Source of the DNA: Promethearchaeota archaeon
Lineage (GTDB): Archaea > Asgardarchaeota > Lokiarchaeia > Sigyniarchaeales > SOKP01
Direction: 5' to 3'
Assembly: GCA_016840165.1 (NCBI GenBank)
Contig: JAEOSU010000070.1
Location: forward strand, 32,001 to 96,000
DNA length: 64,000 nt
Below, one piece after another: positions 31,332 through 41,575 of the stretch. Position 1 is the first letter of the stretch, and every line of letters begins with the position of its first letter. Made by a program: the position numbers and the translations under genes. Under the pieces are notes generated by a model. It was not told where the DNA came from. It saw only the letters and a list, made by a program, of their open reading frames with translations, and searched no databases.

Positions 31332-31862
31332 TCATGATTTACCCGTTGATCCGAAACCTCCTAATCCTCGATCGGATGTGGGTAAATTTTCTGTTGAGAC
31401 AAATTCATAATCAAATAGTTTTCCCAGAATTAATTGGCAAATACGGTCTCCTTTTTTGAGTGAGACCTCTTTATTTGATAAATTAACCACAATAGCCATC
31501 CACTCATTTCTATAACCAGAATCAATAGTTCCCGGGCTATTTACAATCGAAATACCTTCCCATAGTGCTAATCCACTTCGAGGTACTACTTTAAAGTAAT
31601 AGCCCTCTGGAATGGCAGTTGAAAAACCAAGTAAACATCCAACTCTCTCAAGTGGTTTTAGAACATATATTTCACTAGTAATCTCGATTAATTCTTTTTT
31701 ATCTCCTTCAGAGATTATTTCTTTAAAACCCATAATTCGGGCATCTACACCTGCATCTCCTGGTTTTGAAAATTTAGGGGTTTTTACTTCATTATTCAAT
31801 TTTTTGAAGGGAATTTTTAATTTTTCATTTTTTTCCTGGTTAATCTTATTTTTCTCATTCAT
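31332..31862 (-). CDS. dut: Trimeric dUTP diphosphatase
   Basis: DAGVDA, PRSGLA, GTIDSGYR, GDRICQ, RGLGGFGSTG. Confidence 0.95.
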   Translation of the reverse strand: MNEKNKINQEKNEKLKIPFKKLNNEVKTPKFSKPGDAGVDARIMGFKEIISEGDKKELIEITSEIYVLKPLERVGCLLGFSTAIPEGYYFKVVPRSGLALWEGISIVNSPGTIDSGYRNEWMAIVVNLSNKEVSLKKGDRICQLILGKLFDYEFVSTENLPTSDRGLGGFGSTGKS

Positions 31863-31973
31863 TTAACTTCGATTTCATTTATTTATCAAATCTAATTAAG
31901 ACTTTTTATTAAAGCTTAATTAATATATTAAAGAAAAAATATTATAAAATATATCAAAGTCTAATGAAGAATC

Positions 31974-32429
31974 ATGATAGTGATTGATAGATATGATCCA
32001 CGAGTGGATAGAGATGCTTTGAAAGAGATCTTTGATGATTTCATTAAAAATAAAAGCTTTTTCTTCTCTCACTGGCAAAAATTTGAACAAGAATTAAACA
32101 AACGGGTATTAGATTTACTATATAGAAATTCTATGATTGTAGCAAAAGAGGAAGGCAAAGTAGTAGGGTGGGGCACTTATACATCTTTCAAAGATTATTT
32201 AGGGAATGAGTGGGCTATTGTTCATCAAGTCTTAACCAAAAAAGAAGATTCCTATAAAAAAGGAATCGAAGAATTAATTATCCGCGAACTACAGCTTTAT
32301 ATAAAAAAAACTCTTAAAATAGATAAAGTGTATTATTTCTGTCCGGATTCGGATTCGGCTTTACGGAGTGTATTCATGAAGATTGGCATTAAAAAATCTA
32401 AATACATACTTTATGAAAATACGATTTAA
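31974..32429 (+). CDS. GNAT-fold-like protein
   Basis: IVAKEEGKVVGWG, YKKGIEELII, FMKIGIK: degenerate GNAT motifs A and B. Confidence 0.55.
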   Translation: MIVIDRYDPRVDRDALKEIFDDFIKNKSFFFSHWQKFEQELNKRVLDLLYRNSMIVAKEEGKVVGWGTYTSFKDYLGNEWAIVHQVLTKKEDSYKKGIEELIIRELQLYIKKTLKIDKVYYFCPDSDSALRSVFMKIGIKKSKYILYENTI

Positions 32430-32457
32430 ATTATGAAATCGATTTATTATTATTATC

Positions 32458-32565
32458 CTATTTCTTAAGCAATCGGTTATGGATAATACAACAGATAATA
32501 ATTATTATTAATATTACTACACCCGCAAGAATATACCCCCCAAAAGCCTCTATTATATCAACCAA
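32458..32565 (-). CDS. Candidate 35-aa single-pass membrane microprotein
   Basis: Hand translation MVDIIEAFGGYILAGVVILIIIIICCIIHNRLLKK*; TTG start with GTGA upstream; below the ORF-track cutoff. Confidence 0.5.
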   Translation of the reverse strand: MVDIIEAFGGYILAGVVILIIIIICCIIHNRLLKK

Positions 32566-32766
32566 TCTATTTCACTTTTTTAGTCCTTTTGGAACTTATT
32601 TCAATCTATAAAATTAGTTTAAAATATAAGTATATTTAAAATTATTTTTAATGTAACAAATTTATCAAAAAATTAAGTAAGAAAAAAGAAAAAAACAAAA
32701 ATTTAAGTAATTTTGGGTCGTTTTTTAATTTAATTTTGCGTAGATTACTTCCGATCGCTAAATTTC

Positions 32767-32979
32767 TTAATCCATTTTTTCCAATTGGAAATTTACCTGA
32801 ATCCGAACACGATATATCAATTTATCTTGATCTTCCTTGACTTTTACATCACTTTCAATAATTTGTATGTTGCGAATTCCTCGTAAAGTTTTCTTTGCTT
32901 CATCATAACCCGCTTTGACAGCATCTGCCCAGTTCTTATCACTGGTAGCTACTAGTTGAATACTTTTATAGACTGGCAT
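32767..32979 (-). CDS. Dodecin-family flavin-binding protein
   Basis: VYKSIQLVATSDKNWADAV, AKKTLRGI, YRVRIQVNFQLE; GGTG RBS. Confidence 0.9.
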   Translation of the reverse strand: MPVYKSIQLVATSDKNWADAVKAGYDEAKKTLRGIRNIQIIESDVKVKEDQDKLIYRVRIQVNFQLEKMD

Positions 32980-33219
32980 TTTTAATACACCTTTTCATTT
33001 AATTATTATTCATTGATTTCTTGTGTAAGTCATATTTTTATTGTTTGATATTTAAATATTTCGCTAATTATAATTAGAAACCTACCAGTTTTTGAATGAA
33101 AACGTAAATCTGATTCATTGAAATAAATATTGGTTAATTTTGGAATAAAAAATGACTAAATTAATTTATAGTCTAAACTTAACTATCATATTTTAAACAT
33201 ATCAATTTCATTTTGAATT

Positions 33220-33840
33220 ATGAATGATATGCAGGATAAAATAGAGCAAGCTCTTGAACTTAAGAGGGAGGAGAAATTTGAAGGGTCTCTACAGATTTTG
33301 AATGAACTCCTTTCGAATGAACCTACCTCGACAGCAGTAAAAAATGCACTAATTGAAGTACTCTTGGAATATGGTGCCTACTTAAATGATGATTGGGTGG
33401 AGGATTTTCAGGGAGCTGCTGATTGTTTTACTAGAATCATTGAATTAGATGCAAAAAATTATAGAGCATGGTATAATTTAGGAATCTCCTATTTCCGTTT
33501 AAAGCAAACAAAAAAATCCTTAGAGGCATATGAACAAGCTCTCAAGATAAGGCCAGATTATGAATATATATATTATAATATCGGATTACTTTATGAGATC
33601 CTAAAAGGTGATTTTGAGAGTGCTATTAAGTATTATGAAGAGGCATTAAGATTAAATGAGAAATTTACTTATGCCATCCAGGCTCTTCGAGATGTCCGAA
33701 AGAAATTCGAACACATGAAATTACATAAAGAAAAAAACACATCTTCTCAATTTGAATCACAGATTATTTGTAAGAATTGTGGGAATATTAATAGAACCAC
33801 TGCAAAATATTGCGATAAATGCGGCAACCCAATTAAATAA
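33220..33840 (+). CDS. TPR protein with C-terminal zinc ribbon
   Basis: AWYNLGISY, YEQALKIRP, IYYNIG; CKNC...CDKC. Confidence 0.88.
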   Translation: MNDMQDKIEQALELKREEKFEGSLQILNELLSNEPTSTAVKNALIEVLLEYGAYLNDDWVEDFQGAADCFTRIIELDAKNYRAWYNLGISYFRLKQTKKSLEAYEQALKIRPDYEYIYYNIGLLYEILKGDFESAIKYYEEALRLNEKFTYAIQALRDVRKKFEHMKLHKEKNTSSQFESQIICKNCGNINRTTAKYCDKCGNPIK

Positions 33841-33880
33841 AAGATTAATAATAAAAAAAAGATTTTTAAAAAGAGAAAGA

Positions 33881-35191
33881 TTATGCGTCAGGATTCTCAA
33901 GTAGAATTGCTACGCCTTGGCCTCCACCGCAACAAGCATTTGCAATTCCATATTTAGCTTTCTTTGCTTTTAGAATACGTGCTAAAGTGCCTGGTAATCG
34001 AACCATGGTAGAACCTAAGGGATGACCTATTGCTGTTGAACCCCCCATAATATTAACTTTTTCTTCAGGAATGTTGAAATAGTGCATACATCCAAGGGTA
34101 ACTATACAAAAAGCTTCATTAATCTCCCAGAAATCGATTTGGTCAGCTGTCATACCAGCATGTTTCAAAGCCATTTCAGTCGCCGGAATTGGTCCCCAGC
34201 CCATAATGGTCGGATCCACTCCTGCCCAACCTATACTCACAACTTTAGCCATTGGTTCAATACCCCGTCTTTTAGCCTCCTCTGCTTCCATTAAGATCGC
34301 TGCGGTTGCACCGGCATTTAAAGGACTGGAATTACCTGCTGTGATAACACCATCTTTTGTCCCTTCCCTCTCAAGGTATCCTTGTTTACCTCCAATATCT
34401 TCACCTTTCCAATTCTTTTTAAGATAAAAAGGTTTTGAGAGTCTGCGTAAACCGGCTACTTGTTCTAAAACAGATTTTCGAGCAGCCATATCTTTTGTAA
34501 TCATCATCTTTTCGTCAGGATTGCCTTCTGCATGACCTTCAATCGGAATAATCTCACCATCAAACCAACCCTTTTCTTGATTTTCAACTGTTAGGTTATG
34601 ACTTCTAGTTCCAAATTTATCAAGGTCTTCTTTAGTAAATACCGGTGTAAGAAATTCATACAATTTCTGGGCTGTTTGTAGCATATTAGTGGTTGTAAGT
34701 AAATCGTATTCTGGTCTATACCATTTACTGCTCTTATTAATCATCAGTAAATTTGGTTTAATATGGGGGTTGCTTTTAAGATCCATACCTACGCGAGTCA
34801 TATGCTCAAAACCGGTGGCTAATGTACATTTACTGTAACCAGTCATGATCTCCATAGCACCCACATGAAAACCACTTCCAGCTGAGCCACATTGGCGATC
34901 GACAAATAAACCAGGGACAGTTACAGGAAAGCTAGCCATAAAAAGAGGCATTCGACCACCATAGGTCCAATTTTCACCTACACCCATTGCAGCACCAACA
35001 GTATATTCATCAATATCTTTTTTTTCAATTCCCTTATCTGCTAATTTATCTTCAAAAAATTTCATAAGTAATTGTGCCATTAATTCATCCGCTCGTTGAT
35101 CCCCAAACACATCTCGTTCAGGAGTTCCGGGTCGTGAACGGGAGAATGCAGTACGTGCATAATCAATGAGCCATACATCTTTAGTTTCCAT
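33881..35191 (-). CDS. Acetyl-CoA C-acyltransferase (thiolase)
   Basis: RQCGSA, TAGNSSPLN, EINEAF, GHPLG, CCGGGQG. Confidence 0.95.
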   Translation of the reverse strand: METKDVWLIDYARTAFSRSRPGTPERDVFGDQRADELMAQLLMKFFEDKLADKGIEKKDIDEYTVGAAMGVGENWTYGGRMPLFMASFPVTVPGLFVDRQCGSAGSGFHVGAMEIMTGYSKCTLATGFEHMTRVGMDLKSNPHIKPNLLMINKSSKWYRPEYDLLTTTNMLQTAQKLYEFLTPVFTKEDLDKFGTRSHNLTVENQEKGWFDGEIIPIEGHAEGNPDEKMMITKDMAARKSVLEQVAGLRRLSKPFYLKKNWKGEDIGGKQGYLEREGTKDGVITAGNSSPLNAGATAAILMEAEEAKRRGIEPMAKVVSIGWAGVDPTIMGWGPIPATEMALKHAGMTADQIDFWEINEAFCIVTLGCMHYFNIPEEKVNIMGGSTAIGHPLGSTMVRLPGTLARILKAKKAKYGIANACCGGGQGVAILLENPDA

Positions 35192-35426
35192 TCTTTATTT
35201 TCCCTCAATATTTTGATTTAATTTTTAATTAAATTCAAATTAATTTTATTTAGGTTAAGGAATCGTAAAAATATATTAAACTTTTTGACAGAATAGAGTC
35301 TGAAGATAGACAATTTAATTAGTCTTTTTGAAAATTTATCACTTACTTTTTAAGTATTTTTAGAATTATTTTTATTTTTGAAAATTTTAGTTAAAATATG
35401 ACTAATTCGATGGAGAAAAAAATAAT

Positions 35427-35822
35427 ATGGCACTAATTTCTATTATTGCGGGAAGTACTTCTGATAAGGAAGTCTTTGAAAAAGCGGAAAAGGTATTAAA
35501 AGAAAATAATATAGACTATGATTTGCAAATTTTATCCGCTCACCGTGATCCTGAAAAACTTGATAAATATATAGAATCTTGTGATTCGCTTGTTTATATT
35601 GCTGTTGCGGGGTTATCTGCCGCATTACCGGGAGTTATTGCTTCAAAAACTGATAAGCCAGTAATTGGAGTACCTGTTAGTGCTAAATTAGGAGGTTTAG
35701 ATGCATTATTATCCATTGTACAAATGCCTCCTCGTGTACCAGTGGCGTGTGTCGGAATAGACAGAGGTGATAATGCTGCCTATTTAGCTATTAAAATTAT
35801 TAATCTCTTAAAGAAGAAATAG
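35427..35822 (+). CDS. purE: N5-CAIR mutase/AIR carboxylase PurE
   Basis: [36 protein letters not shown]. Confidence 0.95.
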   Translation: MALISIIAGSTSDKEVFEKAEKVLKENNIDYDLQILSAHRDPEKLDKYIESCDSLVYIAVAGLSAALPGVIASKTDKPVIGVPVSAKLGGLDALLSIVQMPPRVPVACVGIDRGDNAAYLAIKIINLLKKK

Positions 35823-35831
35823 GATGAAATT

Positions 35832-36542
35832 ATGAATGATAACTTAATTGAACAAGGAAAAAAGAATGCTGCACTAAAAGCAGTTGATGAAAATATTAAA
35901 AAAGATCTAATTATTGGAATAGGAAGCGGATCCACTATAGTGTATGCGGTCAATAGAATCGGAGAAATAAATCAGGAAAATGATCTCAATCTTATATGTA
36001 TTCCATCTTCATTTCAAGCTCGTCAATTAATCTTAGAGAATAATTTAAAAATAGCTTCATTGGATGAGTACCCTGAAATTGACATTGATCTTGATGGTGC
36101 TGACGAAATTGATCAAAACCTCAATCTTATCAAGGGTGGTGGTGGTTGTTTGGTCCAAGAGAAGATACTAGCATCGAATTCAAAGAAGTTAATCATTATC
36201 GTGGATTATCGAAAAAATTCGAAAAAATTGGGTCAACAATGGAAAAAGGGAGTTCCTATTGAAGTTATTCCAATGTCATATGTTCCACTTTTAAGAAAAT
36301 TTTCTAAAATGGGTGGAAAACCCACTTTACGGATGGCTCAAGCGAAAGCAGGACCACTTGTTAGCGACAATAATAATTTCATCATTGATGTTGACTTTGG
36401 GATTATTAAAAATCCACAAGAACTTAATATAAAATTATTGAGTCTTCCAGGTGTTGTAGACACCGGTTTGTTTTTAGATATGACCAATAAGGCATATATA
36501 GGACAACAGAATGGACAAGTACTAGTTCTAAATAAAAAATAA
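35832..36542 (+). CDS. rpiA: Ribose-5-phosphate isomerase A
   Basis: GIGSGST, DGADE, IKGGGG, QEK, PGVVDTGLF. Confidence 0.96.
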   Translation: MNDNLIEQGKKNAALKAVDENIKKDLIIGIGSGSTIVYAVNRIGEINQENDLNLICIPSSFQARQLILENNLKIASLDEYPEIDIDLDGADEIDQNLNLIKGGGGCLVQEKILASNSKKLIIIVDYRKNSKKLGQQWKKGVPIEVIPMSYVPLLRKFSKMGGKPTLRMAQAKAGPLVSDNNNFIIDVDFGIIKNPQELNIKLLSLPGVVDTGLFLDMTNKAYIGQQNGQVLVLNKK

Positions 36543-36563
36543 AAAGAGAAATAAAAAAAATTA

Positions 36564-39500
36564 TTAGGTTTCAAAATAAAGCGATCTTCCACAATTTGGA
36601 CAGAAACTCTTTGGAGTACCAATATCATATCCACAATAAGGACAATAAAATCCGGATCTATACCCTTGAGAGTCAGCGGGTGTAGAATCATAAGACGCGT
36701 TCTCTATAGGGATTGTGTGGTAATCTTGTGAATAGTAATCCGATGGTTCCTGAGGTGCTTGTGATCTTCTTGATTTAAGTAGATATACAATCAATATTAT
36801 TGAACCTGTAGCTACTATCAAACCTATTATAAGTATTATTAGAAGAAGTTCGAAGGGTATTGAAGCCCTTATTGACAAAGCAATCCAAAATTCTTGAGAA
36901 CCTCCCTCACTATCAATTAGCGTTATTATCAATATTGCCAGGTAGCCCTCACCTGTTGCGGTATTATAGTTAGTAGCAGAAGTGATTTCTTTTGTCCCGA
37001 TAATTGAACCATACGCAATTGTGAAGGGTACGATGAATGTTCCTTGATGAGTATCAGTTAAAGGTTCATAACTCAATTCTTTAAGAGGGAATAATTGGGG
37101 ATATACTATGTTAAGAAATCCATCATCCGTCGCAGAAGCTATAAATAAATTAACTGAAACCCTCATAGAGGAGCCATCGACATCTTCATAGTCCACATCA
37201 CTAGATGTAACCGTAAAATCTAAATTATCACCTTGAGAAACTGGAATAATTAAAGTAGATTCCCCCTCATATGTATCATCAAAAGCATATGTATCTTGTC
37301 CTGCGATGGTAATATATGAACTGGATTCAATGAATGAAGGATCATTATTTCTCACCTCAAACGCATAACGTGGGGAGTATGGGTTGGTATAATTTGATAT
37401 TCCATCCTTCGGAAAGACATAATATATTGCAATCCCTGCAGGATCAGAAATAGAAGGATCGTAGTTATATCGATATAGTGTAGCAGAATAACTCAATGGA
37501 AATGTTTTATTTATAGTTTGTTTAGTATTATAGAAAGAATAGGAATAGATAGACATGTAAGCATTTACACTATATGAGGAACTATCTAAATCAACTCGAA
37601 GTTGAGTAAAATCTCCTGATTCTCTAGTTACAGGACTCTTTGATACTGCTAAAGAATTTATTATAGGTATAGATGTAGGATTGAAGTATAATAGCTTAGA
37701 AGTTTTTTGATAAGTCTTAGAACCGAAAGTGAAATTAACTATGATATCATAGGGTTTATAATCGGTACTTGAAAGAGAATAAGTGGAATTGTAGGCGATA
37801 CCGTTTTCAAGAGAAATTGTTTCTATGGATTCTGAAAATCCAGAATTACTAATGGTTATACTCAGATTAGTATTTAACACACTCGAAGCAATAGGAGTTC
37901 CTAAAGAAAGATCTTTTACATATACACTTATGTTAAATTGAGAATTTGAAGTCCTTTCTGAATTTAAAACCACTTGGATGGAAACATCATCATTAGAGAA
38001 AAAATAATCCATTAGATTTCGAGCTAAATTACTATGATCAAGTTGATAACTTGATGAACTATATAATTCACTTATCCAATGTAGATCACCAAATGCCACT
38101 AATTTCCCTCCAGATGTTGTTTCATTATATGTTGCAGCTACGGTTTTATCGTTAAGTGTAGCAATCGATTCTGAACCTGAGCCAACATTAAAGGTATTTC
38201 CATAATACCATTCAAATTTCTCCACACCATCAAATATTAATGGTGAATTTAGTTCAATAACACTCTGGGAATTGATACTAGCTCCTACTCCAAACCAATT
38301 CTCTGAATATTCATTTTCTTGATTGATTGTAATATCAGAACCTAAAACTGAAAATAATTCATTAATGTTATCAAGGCATAAATCTTGATATCGTGTCCCC
38401 AAAAATAAGATATTCCCACCATTATCGAAATAATCCTTAATATTGTTCATCTCATCAGTAGTATATGGTAATATAGGATTTTGTAATAAAATTAAATCAT
38501 ACTGTGCTAAGCGTTCCTCGGTTAGAAGGGAGTTATTATAATTCGCATCATAATAAGGAGTCCAATATTCGGCACTATAATCGAAAGAGATATTTAAATT
38601 AGTCATATCCTTCATGAAATCATAGAAGTCCATCTGATAAAATGAAGTCTCTGGAATCCAATCATTTAGGCCATGAAAAGACTCCATTAAAACCTTATAT
38701 TCAGGAAACTTAATATCTATCGTTATGTTGATTGAATCATACTCAACTATGCCATCAGTAAGATTTAACTCAAAATTTCGTACTCCAGGTCGAGCATCCT
38801 GTTCAATTTCTATATCTAAGGTTACAAATTTTACATTCTCTTCAGAAAAGGTAAGAGCAGTATTGTCTAGTTTTAATTTTAATCCGTCAACCTTATCTGG
38901 TATATTTATATTGTAGCTATTCGCTCTTCCTGAAATAACTGTGATATTAAAGGATTGCTTATCACCAGGGAAATGGAGTAAATCAAAGGGTTGGGGTGGA
39001 ATAACATCTGGAAAGAATCGTGCTGTATCGTTTATATCTGAAGATAAAGATTCCATAAATTCTAATGATGCTGACACATTAATTAAGCCAGCCCCAAACT
39101 TTAAAGTATCATCATCTTCATAATTAGATAATGGTTGGGCTCCGTCTAATAAAGCTATTCGTGCTGTTTCAGGAGTAATAGAAGGATATGCTTCTTTCAG
39201 AATCGCTAATGCTCCTGCGACTACGGGACATGACATACTAGTTCCGCTTAAAGGAATATAATCTCCATCACCACTGAAGTCAAAATAATCTCCAATATAT
39301 CGCTTGCGATCAGAAAGAGCGGAATTAGGTGCTTCTGCAGCAATTATATTAACACCAGGTGCAACAACATCTGGATATCCTAAATATGTCAAAGTTGGGC
39401 CCCAACTTGTAAAAGATGCAAGATTATTATTAATATCTGTAGCTCCCACTGAGATTACATCATTACCAGAAGCAGGGCTTCCTCCTGTAAAATAATCTGG

Positions 39501-40532
39501 ACCTTCATTTCCAGCAGAAGAGACCAATATAACTCCATAATTATTTGCCACACTTGAGATTGCCAAAGTCATCGGATCATTAAATTCTGGCAAGCCTCCC
39601 CCAAAGCTCATGGAAATTATGTCTGCTCCCGCAGTTAATACAGCCCATTCAATCGCATCGATGATATCAGTATCATTTAAACCTTCGAAATTGCCAGCCC
39701 TTGCATTAATTAATGAAACTCCAGGTGCGATACCCCTATATTTACCACCAGAAGAGATACCGCTTCCTCCAATGATACCAGCCGCATGGGTACCGTGACC
39801 ATAGTCATCATTTGAATCTAATAAATCTCCGGTAACAAAACTTTGATTTGCGATTATATTTAAATCAGGGTGATCGTATATACCAGTATCTACCACAGCA
39901 ACTTTGACTCCAGTGCCATCAAAAGCTAGATCTTCAGCACCTATTGCAGAAATCCACCAATTGGAAAAATAATTGTAATCAAGGCTACTTGTAGTCGGAG
40001 ACTCTTCTGTGTATTCAGGATTCTCATAAAACTGAGACTTATATATTTTAGTTAATCCCTCAACATCTCTTAGAGCTTCTTGCTTTGAAATTAACTCTGC
40101 AGAATTACAAATTAAGGAAACACCAGAGATAATATCATAATTGTGTATGAGTTCATAGTCCTCTAAGAGATTATCAATTTTAGTAATTCGATCTGATTTA
40201 GAAACCTCCTCTTTGAATAGCATAATCACTTTAACTTTTTCTGCTTCCGATTTGTATTTCAATGAATAGTTTAAAAGAAATTCGGTAAGAGGTGAGTCAA
40301 AAATATTGTCTTGACTGATATTGTCAAGGCTAGATTCTGCGATTGAATTATCTTCTCTTAATGAAGAAATGAGAGTCAAATCGTCGTTATTCAGATTTAT
40401 AGCTGAATCAAAGCTCTTAGTATCACGTAAACCATAACTATATACTATAAATGGAAGATTAACTAAGTTGAATAGAACAAAAGTTAAGACTAATACTTTT
40501 TTGAATATTTTGAAATGTTTCATGGTTATCAA
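36564..40532 (-). CDS. Large membrane-anchored S8 subtilase (prodomain, catalytic domain, GIFT/GldG-like domain, beta-rich region, TM, zinc ribbon)
   Basis: N-terminal hydrophobic signal; triad VVDTG, HGTHAAG, SGTSMS with oxyanion AGNEG; QYDLILL..P...Y...E...I..YFDNGGNILFLG; C-terminal TM; CPYC...CPNC. Confidence 0.92.
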   Translation of the reverse strand: MITMKHFKIFKKVLVLTFVLFNLVNLPFIVYSYGLRDTKSFDSAINLNNDDLTLISSLREDNSIAESSLDNISQDNIFDSPLTEFLLNYSLKYKSEAEKVKVIMLFKEEVSKSDRITKIDNLLEDYELIHNYDIISGVSLICNSAELISKQEALRDVEGLTKIYKSQFYENPEYTEESPTTSSLDYNYFSNWWISAIGAEDLAFDGTGVKVAVVDTGIYDHPDLNIIANQSFVTGDLLDSNDDYGHGTHAAGIIGGSGISSGGKYRGIAPGVSLINARAGNFEGLNDTDIIDAIEWAVLTAGADIISMSFGGGLPEFNDPMTLAISSVANNYGVILVSSAGNEGPDYFTGGSPASGNDVISVGATDINNNLASFTSWGPTLTYLGYPDVVAPGVNIIAAEAPNSALSDRKRYIGDYFDFSGDGDYIPLSGTSMSCPVVAGALAILKEAYPSITPETARIALLDGAQPLSNYEDDDTLKFGAGLINVSASLEFMESLSSDINDTARFFPDVIPPQPFDLLHFPGDKQSFNITVISGRANSYNINIPDKVDGLKLKLDNTALTFSEENVKFVTLDIEIEQDARPGVRNFELNLTDGIVEYDSINITIDIKFPEYKVLMESFHGLNDWIPETSFYQMDFYDFMKDMTNLNISFDYSAEYWTPYYDANYNNSLLTEERLAQYDLILLQNPILPYTTDEMNNIKDYFDNGGNILFLGTRYQDLCLDNINELFSVLGSDITINQENEYSENWFGVGASINSQSVIELNSPLIFDGVEKFEWYYGNTFNVGSGSESIATLNDKTVAATYNETTSGGKLVAFGDLHWISELYSSSSYQLDHSNLARNLMDYFFSNDDVSIQVVLNSERTSNSQFNISVYVKDLSLGTPIASSVLNTNLSITISNSGFSESIETISLENGIAYNSTYSLSSTDYKPYDIIVNFTFGSKTYQKTSKLLYFNPTSIPIINSLAVSKSPVTRESGDFTQLRVDLDSSSYSVNAYMSIYSYSFYNTKQTINKTFPLSYSATLYRYNYDPSISDPAGIAIYYVFPKDGISNYTNPYSPRYAFEVRNNDPSFIESSSYITIAGQDTYAFDDTYEGESTLIIPVSQGDNLDFTVTSSDVDYEDVDGSSMRVSVNLFIASATDDGFLNIVYPQLFPLKELSYEPLTDTHQGTFIVPFTIAYGSIIGTKEITSATNYNTATGEGYLAILIITLIDSEGGSQEFWIALSIRASIPFELLLIILIIGLIVATGSIILIVYLLKSRRSQAPQEPSDYYSQDYHTIPIENASYDSTPADSQGYRSGFYCPYCGYDIGTPKSFCPNCGRSLYFET

Positions 40533-40669
40533 AAACCAATAGAACTATTTATTTTTAATTTTAATAATCCAAAAACCATAATTTTTTTTAAAAATTAATT
40601 ATTATTAAATTTACAGCTAACTTTCTTTACGTGTGCCAAAATGCTGATATAAAGCAAAAACATGATAAC

Positions 40670-40769
40670 GGGGCTGTGGATTAGTCGAAGATCGTTCGCT
40701 TGGCATGCGAAAGTTAGGGCACTTTTACCTAACCGTAAAAGGCCGGGGGTTCAATTCCCCCCAGCTCCA
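40670..40769 (+). tRNA. tRNA-Ala(GGC) with a 28-nt intron at position 43/44 (40712-40739); CCA not encoded
   Basis: Acceptor GGGGCTG/CAGCTCC with G3:U70; anticodon arm TTCGC-TTGGCAT-GCGAA; T arm GGGGG-TTCAATT-CCCCC; 33 nt sit where a 5-nt variable loop belongs and fold as a bulge-helix-bulge. Confidence 0.92.
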
Positions 40770-40951
40770 CTCTATCTTTTTGTTAATTCATCAAAAAGAG
40801 TATTTTTAAGGTCTTTAGCGCTTAAAATTTTAGAAAATCCTCTAATTTTAATAAAAGCAATTAATTATATACAAAACCATAGAATAAAAAAAAGTAACTC
40901 TCCTAAATCAAGTAAAATTGGTTGTTTTTAAACTCTTTAAGATTTAATTAA

Positions 40952-41575
40952 TTGCATTTCACGATTAATAAAGATTTAAGCCTCGACTTAATTTTTATTC
41001 TTATGAAGAGAAATAGGCAATTTCTGAAAATAATAATTGTCATTTTTCTCTCAGTTCTTTATGTGCTTGCGATTATCTTCTCATGGAACTATTATCCTTC
41101 ATTGAAGTTATGGAGATCGATAGATTGGGTACTATTAAATGGGTTTTTGGAGATTAGCCTCTTTAGAATAATTCATTTGATCATCGGGCTACCGATTTTC
41201 ATCTATAGTTTTATAAATGTTATTGAAATCGTAATTATTAATCAAAAGGCTCAATTAAGAAAAAATTTCCCTAGCTATCTTTTAAAAGAGGGTTTTTATA
41301 GTAAAATAAGGCATCCTATGTATACTATGATAATATTGATTCAATTCAGTTTGTTCTTTTCTTTATGTTCTTTATTAGGAATATTTTTTGGATTATTATT
41401 TACATTATTATTCATGTTATTCGGGTTATACGAAGAGAAATATCAACTTTTGCCAATACTGGGTAAGGAATATAAAGAATATTCAAAAAAAGTAAAAGTA
41501 AGATTTTTTCCTTTCCCTCTAAAGATACTTTTACTTCTTTTATATTTATTAATATTTCTCGGTATTTTTTTGTAA
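40952..41575 (+). CDS. ICMT/PEMT-family membrane methyltransferase
   Basis: L..EGFYSKIRHPMY, EEK.L....G.EYKEY.KKV.RFFP; multi-TM; true start likely the ATG at 41003. Confidence 0.82.
   Translation: MHFTINKDLSLDLIFILMKRNRQFLKIIIVIFLSVLYVLAIIFSWNYYPSLKLWRSIDWVLLNGFLEISLFRIIHLIIGLPIFIYSFINVIEIVIINQKAQLRKNFPSYLLKEGFYSKIRHPMYTMIILIQFSLFFSLCSLLGIFFGLLFTLLFMLFGLYEEKYQLLPILGKEYKEYSKKVKVRFFPFPLKILLLLLYLLIFLGIFL

Noticed and set aside
40662-40931. 89-aa ORF, and a tmRNA-like GGGGCTG start
   Set aside because: Overlaps a complete tRNA-Ala cloverleaf with an anticodon arm; too short for tmRNA.
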